Shown one piece after another: positions 57,951 through 64,000 of a stretch of DNA of 64,000 bases; the stretch's first letter is position 1, and each line of letters opens with the position of its first letter. This stretch comes from Hadesarchaea archaeon (lineage in GTDB: Archaea > Hadarchaeota > Hadarchaeia > Hadarchaeales > Hadarchaeaceae): contig JAPDJH010000018.1 in NCBI GenBank assembly GCA_029259175.1, positions 1 through 64,000 on the forward strand. The letters are read 5' to 3'. A program made the translations under genes and the position numbers. The notes under the pieces were generated by a model that was not told the origin of the DNA, made no database searches, and was given only the letters and a program-made list of their open reading frames with translations.

Positions 57951-58307
57951 TTATTCCTTCCCTCGGTCTCCATAAACGAACCTCAGGACCCCGGGCTTCG
58001 CTTCGTAGATGCGCCCTGCAGAGATCTCCTCCCTCAGGATCTGGTCCACTTCCTCTTGAGATAAACCCACCTTCTGCGCTAGTTCTATTATCTCGGATTT
58101 CTCCACCGACCCTCCCGGATCTTTACTCGCCAAGGCTTTCATCGCGCGAAGAACAAAATCCAGCTTTGCTTCTCGTCCGCGCAATATCAGAGCGGTGCGG
58201 TGCTTGGCTGGCGTCGAGGATTCAACCGTCACATAGGTTCCCACCTCTAGCTCTACTGCGAACTCCTTGCCGCACATCGGGCATGTGACTTGAATCCGAT
58301 GACGCAT
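57951..58307 (-). CDS. Small protein: CxxC knuckle + winged helix resembling the archaeal MCM C-terminus
   Basis: TCPMCG; GLSQEEVDQIL...GRIYEAKPGVLRFV. Confidence 0.62.
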   Translation of the reverse strand: MRHRIQVTCPMCGKEFAVELEVGTYVTVESSTPAKHRTALILRGREAKLDFVLRAMKALASKDPGGSVEKSEIIELAQKVGLSQEEVDQILREEISAGRIYEAKPGVLRFVYGDRGKE

Positions 58308-58368
58308 CGCATATTCCTATCCCCTCCTACATAATAGGTATTTTCGTTCCTAAATTGAGATTTTACGG

Positions 58369-58863
58369 ATGCGATTCGTTGTGGATGGGATGCTCGGCAA
58401 ACTGGCTCGGTGGCTACGCATATCGGGTCACGATGTTGTGTATTCCAACGATTTGCGGCGCAGCGATGACGAATCTATCTTGGAACTCGCCCTCAGAGAA
58501 GATCGAATTCTGATAACCAGCGACGTGGGTCTCTACAAACGGTGTAAAAAACACCGCGCTAGATGTGTGTTGCTGAGGTCTGAAGGAACAGTTAATCAGC
58601 TGGTGGAGCTCTCTCGATTTCTGGGACGACCCATTCCCGTGGACTTCGAAAGCTCGCGGTGCCCTGAGTGTAACGGAGAATTGGTGGAAATCGGTGCTGA
58701 GGAGGTAAGAAATCACGTGCCCGAGTCCATCGCCCAGCGTTATGAAAGCTTCTGGAGATGTACCGGTTGTGGAAAAGTTTACTGGGAAGGGTCTCACTGG
58801 AGGAGCATAATAAAAACTGTGAACGAGTATAAACGGAGGATCAAAAGTGCTGAGCTTGGATGA
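58369..58863 (+). CDS. Mut7-C RNase (PIN-like) domain protein
   Basis: FVVDGMLGKLARWLR, RCPECNG, FWRCTGCGKVYWEGSHW. Confidence 0.92.
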   Translation: MRFVVDGMLGKLARWLRISGHDVVYSNDLRRSDDESILELALREDRILITSDVGLYKRCKKHRARCVLLRSEGTVNQLVELSRFLGRPIPVDFESSRCPECNGELVEIGAEEVRNHVPESIAQRYESFWRCTGCGKVYWEGSHWRSIIKTVNEYKRRIKSAELG

Positions 58864-59443
58864 TGGAAGGTTGTTGGTCAAGATTGCTCGCGAGACCATC
58901 GAACAATACGTCCGAAAGGGAAAAACACTAGAACCGGAGGGAGTCCCAGAAAGGCTGAGACAGCCGCGCGGGGTGTTTGTTACTCTCACGCGCAAGGGAG
59001 AGCTGCGCGGATGCATCGGATATCCGCTCCCGGTCAAGCCATTGATGGAAGCGTTGATCGATGCGGCAATAAGCGCGGCCACCCGGGATCCGCGGTTTAG
59101 CCCGGTAAGGGCCGACGAACTGAAGGAAATAACGGTTGAGGTGAGTGTGCTCACAGAACCGGAACTCATCCGGGTAAAGCACCCACGAGAGTACCTGGAA
59201 AAAATCAGGATCGGCAGGGATGGGCTGATTGTAGAGTGGTCGGGTTTCGCTGGGCTTCTGCTCCCGCAGGTGCCCGTCGAGTGGGGCTGGGATGTGGAAG
59301 AATTCTTGTCTCAGACCTGCATGAAGGCCGGATTGCCGCCGGACTGCTGGCTGGAAAAAGACGTGAAGGTGAAGCGGTTTTCAGCTCAGATATTCAGGGA
59401 AAAAACACCGGGTGGAGAGGTCGAGGAGCACGTGCTTGGATGA
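58847..59443 (+). CDS. AMMECR1-domain protein
   Basis: GVFVTL, LRGCIG, DPRF, EVSVLT, LLLPQV, KAGL. Confidence 0.93.
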   Translation: MLSLDDGRLLVKIARETIEQYVRKGKTLEPEGVPERLRQPRGVFVTLTRKGELRGCIGYPLPVKPLMEALIDAAISAATRDPRFSPVRADELKEITVEVSVLTEPELIRVKHPREYLEKIRIGRDGLIVEWSGFAGLLLPQVPVEWGWDVEEFLSQTCMKAGLPPDCWLEKDVKVKRFSAQIFREKTPGGEVEEHVLG

Positions 59444-59450
59444 GGCAACA

Positions 59451-60335
59451 ATGTCTTTCGTCACGGTAGCTGAAGCCGAGGAAGTTCAGATCCACGCTCC
59501 GATTGGGGGAAGGATATCGTTCTTCAACAGCCCCTATCCTGCCCACGGAGAGCTCAAGGCAGTAGACATCTACTTCCCGGAAAACATCGCCCGTTCACCG
59601 GTGAGTGGAAAAATAGCGTGCATCCGGAAGATCCGCCCGCCCAAGACCACGGCGTTCAAGGCATCCCCTGTGGACTACCTCGTCTGCATCAAGGTTTCAG
59701 AGGATCTCCTCGTGCGCGTTCTGCACGTCAGACCAGAGGTCAGAGTCGGAGAGGATGTGAGGGTTGGGGAAAGGCTTGGGCTCCCTCTGAGAACCGGGTT
59801 TTTCGATTTCTGGACGGATCCCCATGCACACGTGGAAGTAAGGAAAAAGGGAGATTATTTGCGGCCTTTGGGCGCTCTTTCTCTGCGTCCCCTGATCGGG
59901 AGGGTGGGAAAAGGAGGCGCGGTGCTCGAAGGGGAAGTGGTCTCTTGCCGCCCGGAATACTGTTTGGTTGCGCTAGCGGGAACCGGGAGGGTCGGGGTGC
60001 TCAACGGACTGGTTGTGGCGAGTAGCGGGAAAGCTTGTATCCTCGATGGGGGCTTCCCGCACTACGGCAGGGGTGGCGTGCTCGCTGACGAAATCGCGGG
60101 AGCGGATGTGGAAGTGAGTGGAGTAAAAATCGGCGAAATCACGAACAAATCCGGAGGTGCTGCTGCGGTTCGCTTTGACCCGGTAAAGGCAACGGTCAAC
60201 GGGATCGGTTTGAGGGGGCTCTCGTGCTATCTGGGCGTGGGGTGCAAACCCCTGCTCAAGCTGGTGCCTAAAAAGCCGGGAGAACTGCGTCTCAACGGGG
60301 AGGTGAAGATCGAGCTCGGACGCGCGGCGCTTTGA
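59451..60335 (+). CDS. Hypothetical protein with M23-like metal motifs
   Basis: YPAH...AVDIY, SPVSG, LHV, DPHAHVEVR. Confidence 0.62.
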   Translation: MSFVTVAEAEEVQIHAPIGGRISFFNSPYPAHGELKAVDIYFPENIARSPVSGKIACIRKIRPPKTTAFKASPVDYLVCIKVSEDLLVRVLHVRPEVRVGEDVRVGERLGLPLRTGFFDFWTDPHAHVEVRKKGDYLRPLGALSLRPLIGRVGKGGAVLEGEVVSCRPEYCLVALAGTGRVGVLNGLVVASSGKACILDGGFPHYGRGGVLADEIAGADVEVSGVKIGEITNKSGGAAAVRFDPVKATVNGIGLRGLSCYLGVGCKPLLKLVPKKPGELRLNGEVKIELGRAAL

Positions 60336-60629
60336 TTTCAAGTTCGTGGATCCAAATTGATATGCTGCGATATACTGGCAGGAACTCGTGATGATCTTAT
60401 ATATGATGGCAAGAAAGAGAAGGAGGAGAAGAAAATGAATAAGCTCGTGGCTTCCACACTGGTTTTATTGCAAGCCAATCCACATCCTCAGCTGAGCTCA
60501 CACTCTCGGCATTATTGACTATGGTTCCATTAGCGGGTGGGAAGACTATGTGGGCTGTATCTGGCTCTGGTTTGAAAGCCACGATAAAGAAAGGTGTGGT
60601 TCTTGAGATTGAGTAATGTGCTAACTCTC

Positions 60630-61052
60630 ATGGGGTGCGTTATCGCATTTTTTGCTAGTTTTTTTATTTTTTTATTATGAATTTTTATCTTCTTCATCTC
60701 CGCCGGTGTGTTTACCGGATTTTTTTCGCTAGAAAAAGTAGAAATCGTTGACGAAAATACCCTTAAAATAACTGTCAAATATGTGGGTGAGGAGTCGGGC
60801 GAATATGTGCGCGTCCACTCGCGTTTTTTAATCTCAGTATGGAAGGAAAATCAAAGCGCAGAAAATTACACCCCTGTGATGGTATATGCACCGGGAGATC
60901 TGTTGACCTTTTATGTTTATATGCCGGATGCTCATTTTAGCCCCGGAGACAATGTATCAGTCAGTTTAGGAGGGGCGAAGTATTTCGTTTCGGGTGCTGA
61001 AGATATAGAAAATTGGCGTAAGTGGCGTTATTCCCTTACGGTAACGCTTTAA
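60630..61052 (+). pseudogene. Membrane-anchored protein with an in-frame TGA inside its TM segment
   Basis: MGCVIAFFASFFIFLL*IFIFFISAG in frame with ORF 60708-61052; TGA at 60678-60680. Confidence 0.45.
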
Positions 61053-61119
61053 GGCCGTGATGGTGTGCCGATTTTCCACCTCTAGCTCATATTTCCCCAT
61101 CGACGTGAGCGTGGTATAA

Positions 61120-61332
61120 GCATACATCGCAATAACTTCACGCCCACCAGCTTCAGAATCTGCTTCTGGGTTTTCGTTGTTGCGATTAGCTTCTCGACCC
61201 ATCTTTGGTTGTTACCTTGTACACGTACCTGAGCTCGTCCAAGGCTTGGAGCACCGAGATCTCTTTCTTCACGAGCTTCCGCTGAAGCAGGATCAGGAAA
61301 AGGTAGGCCAGATAGCAGATGTGGAGGTGGCC
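61120..61332 (-). pseudogene. C-terminal remnant of an IS1634-like DDE transposase
   Basis: GHLHICYLAYLFLILLQRKL...ALDELRYVYKV, frameshift, then WVEKLIATTKTQKQILKLV. Confidence 0.65.
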
Positions 61333-61401
61333 GTGTGAGTTCCGGCCCTAGAAACAGCCTGGAACTGCCAACTTCGGAGGTCAAGACTTCCGAAGAGAGC
61401 C
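61329..61401 (+). mobile_element. Orphan right end of the TnpB element family
   Basis: 63/73 ungapped identity to 25987-26059, ending at the same terminal base. Confidence 0.88.
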
Positions 61402-61428
61402 TTATCCCAAGCCTGATTTATTGGTATT

Positions 61429-62400
61429 TCACTCTTTTGCTAGATCGTGTTGAAACACTTCTTGGATGATCTCCATGACTTCACGCCTCGTTGGTCTGCG
61501 CGGAAAGTTGTAGATGGGACCTCGGGGAGACTCGTTGTAAAAGGGACGATTACATCCAGGACAGCCAGAAGTACGGAAGGGTTCGCCTGATTCGATGGTG
61601 CTAAGCAAGACTCGTTCACTTACACCAAAACTCGTGAGTTGGCCATTCTCGAACACCATTTCACCAACGGAACTCACATCTGCTTGGATGAGGTAGTGGG
61701 CGAGCTGGATGCGCCGATAGCTGGCGAGATCCGGGCGCGGATGATCCGCAAGAGCGGTGCCGGGGATGGGAGTGAAAGCGAATAAGCCGACGGTGATCCC
61801 GCGATCGTGAAGCCACTGAATCATCCTGACCGCCTCCTCCTCGGTTTCACCCAGCCCAATGATTAGGTGAGTGGTGACCGCCCCGGGGAATTCGTCGGAG
61901 GCGAGCTGGAGGGCCCGGAGGTGGGCTTCCCAGGAGTACCCCTCTTTTACTTGGCGGAAGACCCTCGGGGTGCAGGCGTCGAGCGGAAAACATATTCGAT
62001 CAGCGCCAGCGCGTTTCAGCTCCCGCATCTCGCCTCGGGACAGCGGTCTTATAGACACAGAGGTGGGCAGATCCGCGGATCGCTTGAGTTTAGAAACTAT
62101 GAGCTGGACATCCTCGACCACCCTTGGATAGTTCACACTTTGCACGCACACCCGGTCAAAGCGATTGACACGCCGCTCCATGCGCTCTAGAACGCGGTTG
62201 AAATCACACGGAGGCCACAGAACACGAGAGAGCATATGCGGATCCGAAGAACTGCGATTGGCTTGGGGGCAGAACTTGCAGTTGGCATGACACCGTCCCT
62301 CATAGTAGGTGAGAAAGTGGGCGGTCGTGGGAGGTACGTCGACGCGGCCATTCCACAGACCGAGCAGGATTCCCGTACCAAATGCCACACGGACTCTCAC
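61429..62400 (-). CDS. lipS2: Radical SAM protein, LipS2-type lipoyl synthase subunit
   Basis: CHANCKFC and TSGCPGCNRP; clustered with LipS1-like and ligase genes. Confidence 0.8.
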   Translation of the reverse strand: MRVRVAFGTGILLGLWNGRVDVPPTTAHFLTYYEGRCHANCKFCPQANRSSSDPHMLSRVLWPPCDFNRVLERMERRVNRFDRVCVQSVNYPRVVEDVQLIVSKLKRSADLPTSVSIRPLSRGEMRELKRAGADRICFPLDACTPRVFRQVKEGYSWEAHLRALQLASDEFPGAVTTHLIIGLGETEEEAVRMIQWLHDRGITVGLFAFTPIPGTALADHPRPDLASYRRIQLAHYLIQADVSSVGEMVFENGQLTSFGVSERVLLSTIESGEPFRTSGCPGCNRPFYNESPRGPIYNFPRRPTRREVMEIIQEVFQHDLAKE

Positions 62401-63266
62401 GAGAACTCCTCCAAGAGAGATCTAGGCAAGGAACAGCAAGCGTTGATGGTTTTTATTTTGAAGCCGCTTCTGCGCGCTTCCTTAACGGTGAGGGGAGAGG
62501 GCAACACCACGCGGCTCGCCCCTGCGCGGAGGACAGCTAGCTCTAGTCTGGAGCGGCCGTTCCCGCGCGGGCGCATGCAGCCCAGAGCCAGTTCCGTGCG
62601 AGGCATGCGTTCGCGTGCATAACGAACAACTTTCACGACATCTGAGGTGGACGGAGGCTTTGCGGCAAAGAGGGGGGTTCCGGGAGTGGGAGTGAGAATC
62701 AAAAACACCAGCACTTCCGGCCCGACTTCGCGCGCGATCTCTACCGCCCGGAACTCTCCAGAAATCTTGCCGGCATTCAGACCAATACAGATGTGTGGCA
62801 CCACATGGGGGACATGCTTTGACATGGTGCGCAGCGCTGAGGAATAGTGGTCGGTCGTCTTTTCGCTCCCCAAGATGGTCGATATTGTCTGGTCATCACC
62901 AATTAGATCAAAATCCGCAATGTCCACACCGGCGCGCCCAAGTTCGCGGATCAGCCAGGATGGGGGGAGACCCGGATGGATGCTCACGATCAAATTCGTT
63001 CTTTGTTTAATGCGCTCAATCGCGTCGAGAAAGGGTTCGAACGGCACATAGCCTTGGCGGTTGAAACCGCCGCTCAACAAAACACCGCGCGCTCCTTTCG
63101 AGGCGAAACGCTCGCACAGCTCCAAGAGCTTACGAGGATCTGAACACGGAATCATGCCGGAGAGATAGTGAGCGTTGCAGTGCTTGCAGCGGAAGGCGCA
63201 GCGCGTTCCAGTGATTGAAATGGTCGGAAAGGCCGGGTGGGGACGAAAGATAAGCAACCGTGACAT
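62397..63266 (-). CDS. lipS1: Radical SAM protein, LipS1-type lipoyl synthase subunit
   Basis: CAFRCKHC, LGCMRP and terminal CC motif. Confidence 0.8.
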   Translation of the reverse strand: MSRLLIFRPHPAFPTISITGTRCAFRCKHCNAHYLSGMIPCSDPRKLLELCERFASKGARGVLLSGGFNRQGYVPFEPFLDAIERIKQRTNLIVSIHPGLPPSWLIRELGRAGVDIADFDLIGDDQTISTILGSEKTTDHYSSALRTMSKHVPHVVPHICIGLNAGKISGEFRAVEIAREVGPEVLVFLILTPTPGTPLFAAKPPSTSDVVKVVRYARERMPRTELALGCMRPRGNGRSRLELAVLRAGASRVVLPSPLTVKEARRSGFKIKTINACCSLPRSLLEEFS

Positions 63267-63306
63267 CCATCTCGTATGGGGTCAACAACACAAATAAGTA
63301 ACGCGG

Positions 63307-64000
63307 TCAGCGTTTTCTTAACCACTCGCTAGATGCGTACTTGGAGCGGAGCTGGGCGGCGAGTTCGAGCTCCTCCTGTGAGAGCTCTCCCTCGACCAAG
63401 CGAACGCCGAAAGCGTCCTCGAATCCCCTCACCATCGCCCGGTGCACCTCCTCGAAATCTGGTCTCCGCCCGAGTTCGCGCTCAATGGTCGTCACGCGTT
63501 CGAAAATCGAGCTGACGAACTTGTCCGAGATCTTCTCGGGGCTCACGCGCAGAAGTTCAAACATCCGGCGCACGTCCGGGCTGATCAGGATTGTGCCGTG
63601 CTGGAGGACAGAACCCCAGCGGCGGGTTTGAGCGCTGCCGGAAATCTTTTTTCCTTTCACCTGGACGTCGTTGACCGGCCTGAATTCCGCATCCACCCCT
63701 AGGTTTCTAAAACCACTCACCAAGCCCCCGCAGATCAGCCTGTAGGACTCGATGATGTCGCCGGGCACGTCCGATTCCTTGCACACGACGCTGTAGGTCA
63801 ATTCGCCGTGATGGTCGTGGAAGACCGCCCCCCCTCCGGTTATCCGGCGAACCACATCGACACCGTAGCGCCTGGCCGCATCGAGAGCCACTTCGCGCTC
63901 AAGGCTCTGAAAGTACCCAATCGACACGGCCGAGGGGCTCCAGCGGTAAAAACGCACGGTGTTCGGGACTTTTCCCTCCGCGTTGAGCTTGAGGATCGCC
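63307..64000 (-). CDS. Lipoate-protein ligase A family, 5'-truncated by the window edge
   Basis: SIGYFQ, RRITGGGAVFHD, NDV...KKISGSAQ, LQHGT. Confidence 0.92.
   Translation of the reverse strand, partial: AILKLNAEGKVPNTVRFYRWSPSAVSIGYFQSLEREVALDAARRYGVDVVRRITGGGAVFHDHHGELTYSVVCKESDVPGDIIESYRLICGGLVSGFRNLGVDAEFRPVNDVQVKGKKISGSAQTRRWGSVLQHGTILISPDVRRMFELLRVSPEKISDKFVSSIFERVTTIERELGRRPDFEEVHRAMVRGFEDAFGVRLVEGELSQEELELAAQLRSKYASSEWLRKR

Noticed and set aside
1-64000. CRISPR array or cas genes; TnpB as a Cas12f effector
   Set aside because: No regularly spaced repeat-spacer array seen, and the tnpB is closely bounded by transposon ends.

Overview
Gene-dense archaeal chromosomal segment. Archaeal markers include Hel308, Mre11/Rad50, RFC-L, Rpo4, L21e, SRP54, DnaG-like, a TFB paralog and an intron-containing tRNA-Trp. 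A tungsten AOR and LipS1/LipS2 suggest an anaerobe; the lineage cannot be fixed from sequence alone. Most of the window is housekeeping. The accessory parts are: (i) a 1177-bp TnpB-only element at 24883-26059 with terminal inverted repeats and an exact 9-bp target-site duplication, plus an orphan copy of its structured right end at 61329-61401; (ii) an accreted, decaying defence island (about 39.8-46.9 kb) at the tRNA-Trp 3' end, with toxin-antitoxin modules, a HEPN-like gene and a Type II R-M pair; (iii) unusual operons or fusions: a minimal kinase after mre11-rad50, ADP-ribosylhydrolase(+HNH-like)-KptA-DUF89, TrkH with an inserted lamin-tail-like domain, and two membrane-anchored multi-OB-fold genes with a TctA-like permease and a YdjM-like hydrolase. 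No CRISPR array or rRNA was seen. All product calls come from motif recognition by eye, not database searches.
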